DNA of 33,081 nucleotides from Octopus bimaculoides (Eukaryota): NCBI RefSeq assembly GCF_001194135.2, contig NC_068981.1, positions 146,083,716 to 146,116,796 of the forward strand, read 5' to 3'. Shown piece by piece: positions 22,375 to 33,081 of this stretch (position 1 is its first letter; each line of letters starts with the position of its first letter). The notes under the pieces were generated by a model. It saw only the letters and a program-made list of their open reading frames with translations, ran no database searches and was not told where the DNA came from. The position numbers and the translations under genes were made by a program.

Positions 22375-22800
22375 GTTTTTCTTTGTTTTCTATTAAGTTC
22401 TTCAGAGAGTTCAACCCAGCAGCTAACAAAGTGACAAAGCTTTTTGAGTTAAGAGTTTCCACTGTTTGTAAATATGTGATTGAGTCGGTGTGTTGGTTGA
22501 GCTGTCCATGCAGACACCGAACGTGTGCGTCTATTCGCCTAGGAATCTCAGACTGAGAATTTTTGGAATGTCTTACATAACTTCACTGCGCCACTAATGG
22601 TTTCGACTTGGAGGATCCGCGTCAGTTTCTTTTGCTCTTTCTCCGTGAACCGAGTATTTCGAAGTTTTTGTGTAAATTTGCTGATACTTAACCTAATACA
22701 CTTATGATAAGTACAAATGAGAATTCATAGTCAGTGTACAAGAGCTGCGTTAGCACATATAGGTACAAGAGCTGTAAGTTTCCCCATTAATTCGCCATAA
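22375..22800 (-). mobile_element. 5'-truncated 3' end of an RLE-type non-LTR retrotransposon (copy A) in a (CATA)n array
   Basis: Minus strand with frameshifts and one stop: YGELMGKL/QLLYTDYEFSFVLIISVLG*VSANLHKNFEILG/FTEKEQKKLTRILQVETISGAVKLCKTFQKFSV* (stop at 22550-22548). Then a 173-nt 3' UTR and a (CATA)n tail. (ACAT)n also lies at the 5' junction. Confidence 0.78.
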
Positions 22801-23077
22801 ATGTATGTATGTATGTATGTATGTATGTATGTGTGTGAGGGGGGCAAAGAATAGACTCAGCATTTCCTCTGCGTGTCGAAAATGCAACAAAAAGAGGCTG
22901 AGATAGGATTTGCACTCCGACCTCGTAAAATCCCCACCAACAACCACTACCCAAACATGCCCGTGGATTGGAGGGTCGTTGCCTGATTGGTGCAGACGTG
23001 TCATCCGTCAAGAGTAGGGAATCACCAACAGGTGGTGGATGTCGCGACGCGCAGTTAGAGCGCATGCTCCAATGCTA

Positions 23078-23172
<95 letters not shown>

Positions 23173-26105
23173 ACTTTAATATACATATATTTGTGTATAT
23201 GAAAGTGGTTGGTGTTTGTGTATATTTTTTAATCTGGAAAAGATTGATGTTACTTCGAAGTTTCCGCTGTTTAGTATGACTTCCATGAATGCTACATACA
23301 TCCCTGTATGTGCAGATACACACACAAACCCCCCCACACACACATACACAAACACACGTCCACACACATACACGCACATATGTCTCCATATATAACTGTA
23401 ACTCTTTTCTGATCACCAAAACATATTTCTAGATATGAATATGCAAGTAGGTAAAAGTGATTTATATTCTTTCCTGTGAAAATAATGGAATATTCTGATG
23501 GAGGAAAATGCTTAACCAGGCATCATAAACCAAGCCGAAAAAGGAAAAACAAACAATAAACGAATATTTTTACGATGCCATTCTCGAGCTATTTGCCATT
23601 AATAATTTTCTAAAAAGGCAAAGAAAATTGCTCGGGTTAGAGCTTTATTATTCAAGTATACTTTCATATAAATTAAATACGAGGAAGTTAATAGTTTCAT
23701 ACTGCAGCAAAACGTTTATACGAAAAAGATCATGCTAATACATGAATATAGAAAAAAGTCAAATACCCGTCACTCGCAAGCAAGTGTGATTTGGTAGTGT
23801 GTACTATGCTGTCGCTCACTATTTTGGTATGTAGTCACAAGATATAGACAACAACTCGATCCTTTTACCATTACTCTAGCTGAGATAGTTAGAAGGAGAG
23901 AGGGCTGCATCAATACTTAGCTGAGTTGACGGGAACAACGTGAAATGAAGAGCCTTGCTTAAGAACACAATGCACTGCTCAGTACAAAAATTAGAATACC
24001 CAGGAAAACTACTTAATTTCACATTTCGCCGCAAAACACAATGGATAACCAAGTATTAGTTATGAACCAACGCAGGAGTATCTAAGCAGTTGCGCAATCA
24101 TCTAGAAATAGGACCCTAATCCAACCCACACCCTATTGCTTTAAAGTATATAGGACGCATTAAACAGGATGAGAGAAAGGTGTTATATTAAAAGGATAAA
24201 GAAAGGTGTTATAAGTTCAACAGCTCTTTGTAGGGGTTCAGAGATCCATGATAATGTTAGTAGATATACATCTCAATATACAGCCGTAATGAATGTAATC
24301 AACATGGGATAAAACGAGCCTCCGTCATCATTGTATGATATTAAAAAGTTCTAGATGTACAAAAATTACCTGGTTGTTATGGATGGACTGACTTCAATCA
24401 TAGGAAGCAAGAGTGCTTCGCCTCAAGTTTCTGTCCGTGCGGGCTTTTGCACCTCTTGCAGAACAAACATAGGACTCTCTTTCAGGGCCTTTCGACTGTG
24501 AAAGTAGAAATAACTGCCAAATCTTTCTCACACCACACCCAACTGTCTTAAAAAGAAAAAGATACAGTCGAGGATAAAGTTCTGAATACACTATGGGTAA
24601 AGAAGTCCTCGGGATGATCATGAACACCTTTCGTAATGGTTCTGCTCTATCAGATCTGACGGGGCTAAGCAACAACCACACTCCCTCTTGCTTGTTTACT
24701 ATTTTATCGGGTGCTTTGTTGTTCCTCACCCATCTCTCACAACCCACATTCCTCTCAGCGCTGATCAACCGCTCCTTCTTCACTTACCTCATATGCCCCA
24801 TCTCTCATTTACATCTCAATTCCTTCCTTATCTACCCCGTATCTCGGGCCAAATATTATATTAATTTATCATTCACTTCTGCAGTTATTACTTTAACACA
24901 ACAATCCAATATTGCTACACCCAAACTGAGGGTTTGCAGATCTAAATGTCATTTTTTTTTCATTTCCCCTTTCGATTTACTAGTTATACATACACAGACG
25001 GGATTGCCACAGTTAGAATGTCTATGATTATATGTCATCTCAATCAGGGCTGACCTGGAGCTCTATTATCATTTGGTGTCAATGAAAATGCTAGACTTTG
25101 GGGCTACAGTTTTTGTTGTGAATATGAGATGGCCAGAGAGGACTGAGTCCTAGAATTTGTAACGACTTAGAGAAGTATAATTTCATAGTGTTTAAAACTG
25201 GTGAGAATGTTGTATGAAACTAATCCCTTGATATATATATATATATATANNNNNNNNNNNNNNNNNNNNNNNNNNNNNNNNNNNNNNNNNNNNNNNNNNN
25301 NNNNNNNNNNNNNNNNNNNNNNNNNNNNNNNNNNNNNNNNNNNNNNNNNNNNNNNNNNNNNNNNNNNNNNNNNNNNNNNNNNNNNNNNNNNNNNNNNNNN
25401 NNNNNNNNNNNNNNNNNNNNNNNNNNNNNNNNNNNNNNNNNNNNNNNNNNNNNNNNNNNNNNNNNNNNNNNNNNNNNNNNNNNNNNNNNNNNNNNNNNNN
25501 NNNNNNNNNNNNNNNNNNNNNNNNNNNNNNNNNNNNNNNNNNNNNNNNNNNNNNNNNNNNNNNNNNNNNNNNNNNNNNNNNNNNNNNNNNNNNNNNNNNN
25601 NNNNNNNNNNNNNNNNNNNNNNNNNNNNNNNNNNNNNNNNNNNNNNNNNNNNNNNNNNNNNNNNNNNNNNNNNNNNNNNNNNNNNNNNNNNNNNNNNNNN
25701 NNNNNNNNNNNNNNNNNNNNNNNNNNNNNNNNNNNNNNNNNNNNNNNNNNNNNNNNNNNNNNNNNNNNNNNNNNNNNNNNNNNNNNNNNNNNNNNNNNNN
25801 NNNNNNNNNNNNNNNNNNNNNNNNNNNNNNNNNNNNNNNNNNNNNNNNNNNNNNNNNNNNNNNNNNNNNNNNNNNNNNNNNNNNNNNNNNNNNNNNNNNN
25901 NNNNNNNNNNNNNNNNNNNNNNNNNNNNNNNNNNNNNNNNNNNNNNNNNNNNNNNNNNNNNNNNNNNNNNNNNNNNNNNNNNNNNNNNNNNNNNNNNNNN
26001 NNNNNNNNNNNNNNNNNNNNNNNNNNNNNNNNNNNNNNNNNNNNNNNNNNNNNNNNNNNNNNNNNNNNNNNNNNNNNNNNNNNNNNNNNNNNNNNNNNNN
26101 NNNNN

Positions 26106-26165
<60 letters not shown>

Positions 26166-26547
26166 CAGACAGACAGACAGAGAGAGACAGAGAGAAGAGT
26201 ACGTGAGTGGAATAGGGTCTTAAGAAAACCATTTTCAAATGTAATAGATGAGAATTTCCCCCCCGCAGCAATAAAAATAACAAACTGTTAAATACAGCAT
26301 GTCTAGACTATCGCACTGCGATCATACAATTAATCACTTTATGTGGGAGCGTTGAGTATAATCTTCAGCTAAGTAGAAGCATGACACTTTTGAAGTGGTT
26401 AGAGTTTGTGAACTGCAACTAGTTGTTCGGCTCACAACCTTTGTTCTAGAGGTCTGCTCGATCAGATCTGATCTGAGAGCTAAACAACAACGACAACTCT
26501 ACAGTAGAAAGAAATGTTTTTTTAAAATTATCTTTCCTTTTGCCCAT

Positions 26548-26830
26548 TTACTTGTTTCATTCATTGTACTGCGGCCATGCTGGGACACTGCTTTGAAGGG
26601 TTTACTTGAACAAACCGGCCCTGGCACATATTCTTAAGTCTAGTACTTATACTGCCGGTCTCTTTTGCCGAACCGATAAGGTATGAGAACGTAAATAAGC
26701 TAACACCGATTAACAAGCAGTGGTGATGGACAAATACAAATACGCACACATATATACATGATGGACTTCCACACAGTTTCCGTTAACCAGATTCACTCAC
26801 AAGGCATTGGGCGGTCCGGAGCCATAGTCA
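26548..26830 (-). mobile_element. SINE family 3 (reverse orientation, includes 3' part)
   Basis: cagtttccgttaaccagattcactcacaaggc is the reverse complement of the 12850-12890 segment. The 3' part resembles 6735-6850 and 29450-29575. Confidence 0.6.
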
Positions 26831-27339
26831 GATTACAGTTGTTACATATGCAATTTTTTTTTACAGAAAGCAGAAATGAGTGAATTGACCCATACTTGAC
26901 AAGTACTGATTTTATCGAACCTAGATACAAGAAAAAGAAAGATATAAATGATATTCAGTAAATTACTCCTTCCGATTCAGAGTTATATGATACTCGACAA
27001 ACTATTATTCTTTATCATGTATAATATTCAAAGCAGATAAAAAATGGTTCTAATTTCAAAATGTGAAAGAAGAACAAGACCATCATTGACACTGATACTG
27101 GACGTACTTATTGTTGGATTAACCAATGATATGTGCTTTACCTCTTTATAGTCTACTTTGAATCTACTTTAAAGAATACGTAAGTGTTGTAGAGCTGTAA
27201 GCAAGTTCGTTGTGGTGAGTCGAGTTTTATTGATGGCTGAATCCAGTGCTTTAAGATATATCTGCTCTTGAAACACGTACGTAGAAATCCAATTTCCTTT
27301 CCCTGCAAATGCAAAATTTTGTGGTTCGTCGAAAGTGTA

Positions 27340-27690
27340 CAGGGGAATTTTATAAGTCTCTTCCAAAGATCATCGAACAAATGACTGGGTGTTACAACAA
27401 ATAGGTGAAAGACGACAATTGCTGAATATTGCGAATAAGAAAAGCTCATCTATTATGGCTATGCTCGAAGAGGCGCAGTTTTGGAAAACATCATCGTGAA
27501 AGGAAGAGTAAAAGGTAGTAGAAGGCAGTAGATCAAGAGGCAGGCATAGAATGCAATGGGTGGAGAATATCAAGAGCTGGATGGACAAGAATGGCAAGGC
27601 AACTGGAAAGCTTGCGCTTAGCCGGGAAGATTTTCGTTGTAGAGTCATCAATACACCGCAGGCGTACGATACATGACAACGACGACGAAA
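27340..27690 (+). mobile_element. RTE-clade LINE 3' fragment (decayed)
   Basis: SKDHRTNDWVLQQIG/KLIYYGYARR..LENIIVKGRVKG/EGSRSRGRHRMQWVENIKSWMD resembles the RTE ORF C-terminus (KL.YYGH..R, G.R.RGR....W.DNIK.W). Ends in a short acaacgacgacga tail. Confidence 0.7.
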
Positions 27691-28297
27691 GCATTCTTGA
27701 AAATTACTGCCTGTCTATAACTCAAATGAAATATACACGTTCGCCGATGATGAAAATTCTGTGCTTCCTCGGAATCGACCAACAAGTAGGTAGCCCAGGT
27801 GATCAAACAACTAAATTTTCATCGTCGAAATCGACAGAGGATCCAACGTTCATAAGTATTTATCGTTCAGATATAAATAAAAAATCAAATTTATTCCATT
27901 ACATTTCAAATGTAAATCGTGAAGTTTCTAATTAAGTGCTGCTGGCATCTCATTTCATTCGCAGCCTCTGAGTCAATTCAATTACTTACACAGGGAAAAA
28001 AATAGGCTTCTAACATTAACTAGATTTGGATTTAAGTAAACTGGCAGAAGGAAATGGGAAGTTGAGATGTTCATTTCGTCTTCGAGAAAAAGAAAATTAG
28101 CTGTTTCTGTGCTGTTTAGCCACAGGTAAGCCTGATGGAGCAATCCTCTAATCAAAGGCAATCCGTTAACGACTTATTCTTCATCCTTTTACTAATGACA
28201 ATATATAATGCTCTTAAAACGATAAGGTATAACTCGAGGGAGATTTGGTTGAATCTCCTTCTAGTAGGGCGAGCGACTACGTACAGGCTCTCTTGTA

Positions 28298-28374
<77 letters not shown>

Positions 28375-28459
28375 CTATATCTATCTATCTGTCTGTCTGT
28401 CTGTCTATCTGTCTGTCTGTCTGTCTATCTGTCTGTCTGTCTGTCTGTCTATATACACA

Positions 28460-28566
28460 CGAGAGGGTGCTGAAAAGTTCTTGGCTTTGGGTAAAAGAAA
28501 TTACAGGAGAATCGATTAATTATATTATTCAATATATTCCCCTCTCAGATCACACACCTATTGCAA
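28460..28566. mobile_element. Terminal fragment of a second mariner-type element
   Basis: Begins cgagagggtgctgaaaagttc, similar to Hsmar2-type TIRs (CGAGGGG...AAAAGTTC). No partner TIR was found in the window. Confidence 0.45.
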
Positions 28567-28594
28567 CTACATTAATGTAGTGCCAATGGCATCC

Positions 28595-28800
28595 AAGCTG
28601 CTAATTTAGATGAGGAATTGCAGACAAACTGGCTTCCAACCCAAAGTCCTCGCCATTGAAGCAGGATTGAGGGTAGTTAGGTTAAATTTGCCTGCTATCT
28701 CATGATATCGTTCTCTTTTCTGAGAAAGAGAACCAGAGCTCTAAAGGCAATGGCAGAAGCAGCCAAAAAGAGTTCCAACACTGGCTCTGGTGAAGGAGAG
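28595..28800 (+). mobile_element. HERO/NeSL-like RLE non-LTR retrotransposon C-terminal relic
   Basis: ANLDEE/CRQTGFQPKVLAIEAGLR and RALKAMAEAAKKSS/WLW*RR resemble the C...GW......EVG.RG and A.E.AE..S.WLW.KR C-terminal motifs. Clade assignment is from recalled motif resemblance. Confidence 0.55.
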
Positions 28801-29271
28801 GAATGAGAGTGAACTTCAGAAGGTATAATTTACCCTATATTCAACTGGTGTGTAGGCCTGAAGCGGTTACAACATCCACGATATCTTGATCCTAGGGTAC
28901 CTTGAATACCTAGAAATATGCAGGGTGAAATGAAAACAGAAGTAGAGAGTGTAGGAGCGGAAGAGTATACAGGAGTGGTGATCTGGATGCGGTACGACCA
29001 CCTTAGAATGAAGGTTCTCCTTTGCTGAAGAGCTATTCAGCTCCGCCTAGAATTTCTTACCATCTTATAGCGAAAAGAACATTATTTTGTACCTAACAAT
29101 ACACCAGCTTGGTTGCTATTTTTAGCAGATCAGGTGACCACGCTCAAACACTTTTGGCTGTTTTATCTTTTTGCTCTCTCTGTAAATAAATTAAGAAAAT
29201 AGGGTGACGATGCTGGCGGTCGTGGTGTTGGTGTTGGTGCTGGTGGAGTCATCGTTGTTGTTGTTTGTGTT

Positions 29272-29308
<37 letters not shown>

Positions 29309-30573
29309 GTGGTGGTGGTGGATGGTAGAATCAGCAGAACGCCGAACAAAAACAAAAATAAATAAATACAATCGCCCTCTTGTATTTGTTTACGTCTCTT
29401 TAATAACTCGGTTCGAATCCTCAGATCTACGCTGACTTCCATTCTTTCGAAGCCGATAAAACAAGATTCAGACAAGCACTTGTGTCAATCCAATCATCTA
29501 AAAACCCTCGAAGCAGGTGTCCCTGCAAGGCCACAGTTCACTGAATGGAACCAATAAAAGAATGACTGTATAAAAGAATGTAAAGGTAACGAAGTTCTTT
29601 CATTGTTTACCGCTAAGATGTAGAATAATAATGAATAAAATAAGGACAAAGAGAGGAAGGAAGCTGAAAAGAAAATGCCATACAAGTTATGATGTACATT
29701 GAACGCTGTACGAGAGGAAGGCATGACACAAGTAAAATACTTCCAAAAGTGTAATTTCCTTTCACTGCAAGCAATTAGTATCAGATAGATAAGTTGATTT
29801 AATATATGTATGTACACACACACACACATATACGTGTATACATATACGTATATATATGTGTGTATGTGTCTATACATAGGTATGTATAGATATGTGTATA
29901 AGTGTATGTATGGATATGTGTATATATGTATGTATCGTGATAAGAATCGCTCTCTTAGGGGAGATGACGAAGTCATCAACAGATCTTAGCTTGCCAACCA
30001 GGCACGATGCTATCAAGTGTTCTCCTTGGTGCATAATCAATAGATTTCATCTGTCTCCCAGGAACGAATCCGTTAAAGATAAATTCATTGGATAGCTTCA
30101 GCAACAAGTAAAGGAAATGACAATCATAATCATGAAAACGGTGGTGGTGGTGGTGGAGATGCTGAGATGTCGGTGGTAATGAGAATTGAATTGGAAGAGG
30201 TTGAAATGATATATTGCTTCTTCTTTGAGCTATCACGGAAACTATGAGTCTCGCAATCTTTGGCACTAATGGCACCTTATTTCGGGGAAATACTGCAATG
30301 GTTCTATCTTTAGATTTAATCTAAGTCTTTAGTTTTCTGTTTCACCATGAGATTCCCTATTTAACTATACGTTTAACTTCCAAGTCCCACAATTTAAGAG
30401 ATTTATACTTTCTAAATTTACCAATATAAAATTATCTAACCTCCTTTTCTTTCAATGTCTCTTCACACACGCTTCATACTCACCTCTCACACACATATAC
30501 ATTTGGCTATCCATCCATCCGTCCGTCCGCCCATCCGTCTGTCTGTTTGTCTGTTTGTCTGTCTGTTTGTCTG

Positions 30574-30631
<58 letters not shown>

Positions 30632-30718
30632 AGTCTGTCAGTCTGTCTATCTGTCTATCTATCTATCTATCTACGCACACACACACACATACTTATTCAT
30701 CCATTCATCCGTCTGTCT

Positions 30719-30885
30719 CTCTCACTTCTCTCCCTCTCTCTCTTACTTCTCTCCCTCTCTTTCACTTCTCTTCCTCTCACTTCTCTTCCTCTCACTTCTC
30801 TTCCTCTCACTTCTCTTCCTCTCACTTCTCTTCCTCTCACTTCTCTTCCTCTCACTTCTCTTCCTCTCACTTCTCTCCCTCCCTC
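30719..30885. repeat. 15-bp pyrimidine minisatellite (CTCACTTCTCTTCCT)n
   Basis: About 8 perfect units with degenerate flanking units. Confidence 0.92.
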
Positions 30886-31472
30886 TCTCTCTTCTTATCT
30901 ACGTACAGATATATGGTGGAAGTCAATTCGTGTCTACGCGTGACAATTTGGGAAGTTATAAATTTTTGAACTTACTTTATTCGTTTACAAAGTGAGGTAG
31001 CAGCATGGGATTGCAGGCTAGTTCCAGAATTAGGCGAGCTTTGTTTAGACAACCTTTTCTTGGTCCTTTCTGATGAATAGGCGAACTGTACTATCTTAAG
31101 AAAGAGCTGCTCATCGCTATAGTTTGGAAAGAAGCGACAAATAAACCAGACACCAACGTGCAGATTTGCAATTACATACCTCCAGCTGATCAAAGGTCTC
31201 TGTTCCACCACTCCTTATAGCCTCGGGGCTTTTTGCATTGTGCATTTTCCAAGAGGTCACCATGAGTGAAATTAAGCACAATGAGTAAAGCATGCACAGA
31301 AATGCACATACATTTCAGATATAACAGTATCAGGTGAGCCAGCATTGGCTGAGTTGACCAAAACCTGAATGGTCAATGGCTAGATCATTCTGGACCTATA
31401 CATACATACATACATACATACATACAAACATACATACATACAAACATACTTACATACATACATAGATGCATA

Positions 31473-31806
31473 CAAGAGCAAGAGAATATATGTGGGCCAT
31501 TGATAAGGAGTTAGCAAATTCAGTTCCCAACGTACACTTTCAGTTTCATACCGATTATTATTGGAGCAACAAGATACATATCAGCTCATCTGGAGATAAG
31601 TATGGCTGAACTGGATCTTGGAGAAAGAATGCAAATCCTTCATTCATATGCTACATTTGATCACGATATGTGGGATTATAAAAAAATGCAAGACCTTCTT
31701 AAGATTTAAAGGATGATGGCTAAAAGAAGATACTCTCCTTCACAACCTAGCAACCAAATCGGCGGCCGGTCAGAAATTTACTCAAAAATTAAAAGGAGAA
31801 AGAGAA
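31473..31806 (+). mobile_element. 5'-truncated 3' end of an RLE-type non-LTR retrotransposon (copy B) in a (CATA)n array
   Basis: QEQENICGPLIRS*QIQFPTYTFSFIPIIIGATRYISAHLEISMAELDL/EKECKSFIHMLHLITICGIIKKCKTFLRFKG* (stop at 31714-31716). About 90 nt of 3' UTR. (CATA)n on both sides. Confidence 0.75.
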
Positions 31807-31860
31807 CATACATACATACATACATACACATACATACATACATACATACATACATACATA

Positions 31861-32080
31861 AAAAATGTAACACTGCCTAAATACCAATCTTGAGAAATTA
31901 GGCTTCTCAAAACCAGAAAAGAGAAAACTGATTCGAAGACAACAGATCCAAGCCATCACTAGAACTGCAAAAATCTGTAAAACTTTTCAGAATTTTATCA
32001 TTTAGGTATATGAGCATGTCTAGACATGTAACTATATGCATGAGAATATATACATAAAACAAAACATACAAATCTGCACA
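31861..32080 (+). mobile_element. 5'-truncated 3' end of an RLE-type non-LTR retrotransposon (copy C) in a (CATA)n array
   Basis: Open frame 31874-32005: CLNTNLEKLGFSKPEKRKLIRRQQIQAITRTAKICKTFQNFII*, which aligns with the C-termini of copies A and B. (CATA)n on both sides. Confidence 0.75.
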
Positions 32081-32086
32081 CATACA

Positions 32087-32120
<34 letters not shown>

Positions 32121-32205
32121 CATACATACATACATACATACATACAAAAATGCCCTGTTGGTGTTGTTGAAATTTCAGTGAAGGAGCCTTGGATCTAGGT
32201 TAGAA

Positions 32206-32364
32206 ACCGGCCGCCGATTTGGTTGCTAGGTTGTGAAGGAGAGTATCTTCTTTTAGCCATCATCCTTTAAATCTTAAGAAGGTCTTGCATTTTTTTATAA
32301 TCCCACATATCGTGATCAAATGTAGCATATGAATGAAGGATTTGCATTCTTTCTCCAAGATCCA
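32206..32364 (-). repeat. Perfect 159-bp inverted duplicate of 31612-31770
   Basis: Base-by-base reverse complement comparison shows no mismatches. Spacer is 435 bp. Confidence 0.95.
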
Positions 32365-33081
32365 TACATACATACATACTAACACACACACGTATGTATT
32401 TGCGTACATATATATATATATATACACACAACCACATATCAGAAGTTCATTTAATTTTTTATCTTTTGCTAACCTTTTTATAAAATTATTATCATTTTCC
32501 CTCCCTTCTTCCACAGAAAAATAACGCATATTTAGATTTTCGTTCAGGTACCTTACTCTCAAATTTTTTTCTTATATTCATATTTCTCTGAATTGAATTC
32601 AGGACATTTCTAAATTCTCAGTTGCTATACGATGTCATTAGTTACAACTTGAAAACAGTCTGTAATTAGTTTTTTTTCCCCATTTCTTATCACTTAGTGT
32701 GCAGAAGAAGAAAAGTAACAGCTATAACCTTTTGAAAACTCTACGAATCAGTAGAATACAAAGTGTTGGGGAAGTAGGGAAGTCAGTGCACTAAATTTAG
32801 TTTGAACTTTAGTATGTCAGTGGTTGAAATAAAACAGACAAGGAATAATGTGCAATAAAAGTGGAGAATGTTTAGAAATACTGGGAGAGTATATGGCAAA
32901 TATATTTTCAAAGCTGGCATAAAAAATAAATCCCCCACCCCCATATATGTGTATTAATACATAACGGTAAGATCTAAGGATCAAAGTGTAACTAGTAGAT
33001 TACCCCTCGTTTGGGTAATTACTACTTCCGAGGTTCTGCTAGCTATGAAACATATGTAGTCTGGATTATATATATATATAT

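Noticed and set aside
22838-22905. GC-rich segment (cctctgcgtgtcg...caaaaagagg) resembling an HDV-like ribozyme or LINE 5' UTR
   Set aside because: I could not build P3/L3 and a consistent P2 in the nested double pseudoknot. At best it is an eroded 5' UTR relic.
24394-25027. 129-aa and 144-aa overlapping ORFs
   Set aside because: No recognisable domain or splice context. The region is a patchwork of short repeat-like segments.
27740-27830. About 14-16-bp inverted repeat (cgatgatgaaaatt / aattttcatcgtcg) as a tiny MITE
   Set aside because: No target duplication and no second copy in the window.
29015-29050. CTGAAGA followed by a GAGCT/AGCTC hairpin as another hammerhead
   Set aside because: There is no GAAA after stem II and no stem I or III.
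30455-30995. 146-162-aa Leu/Ser-rich ORFs resembling membrane proteins
   Set aside because: Entirely derived from (TATC)n, (TGTC)n and the 15-bp pyrimidine minisatellite.
31065-31125. CTGATGA...GAAAGAGCTGCTCATC as a hammerhead
   Set aside because: Stem II is not adjacent to GAAA and there is no stem I complement.
30972-31211. 79-aa minus-strand ORF (…DEQLFLKIVQFAYSSER…)
   Set aside because: No motif I can assign. It may be a decayed transposon fragment but this is unsupported.

Overview
AT-rich, microsatellite-rich eukaryotic DNA with seven N-gaps. The SINE set and repeat texture suggest an octopus or other cephalopod draft assembly (inference). One host gene is supported: two minus-strand coding exons (9268-9039 and 5682-5456) that splice in frame into the N-terminal part (M1 helix, cap, first pore helix up to TTIG) of a two-pore-domain (K2P/TWIK-like) potassium channel. 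The remaining exons are not visible. The rest is intronic or upstream sequence filled with mobile-element relics: a full-length dead mariner with intact TIRs and TA duplication, about 2.2 kb of a decayed R4/Dong-like retrotransposon, RTE- and HERO-like 3' fragments, and many tRNA-derived SINEs. The most notable observations are: (1) three diverged 3' ends of one restriction-like-endonuclease retrotransposon lineage, each embedded in a (CATA)n array in the same orientation, which suggests microsatellite targeting; (2) two near-complete minimal type I hammerhead ribozyme motifs plus several half-motifs, clustered with two large fold-back palindromes, which suggests Penelope-like pLTR derivatives; and (3) a perfect 159-bp inverted duplication that is either very recent or an assembly artefact.
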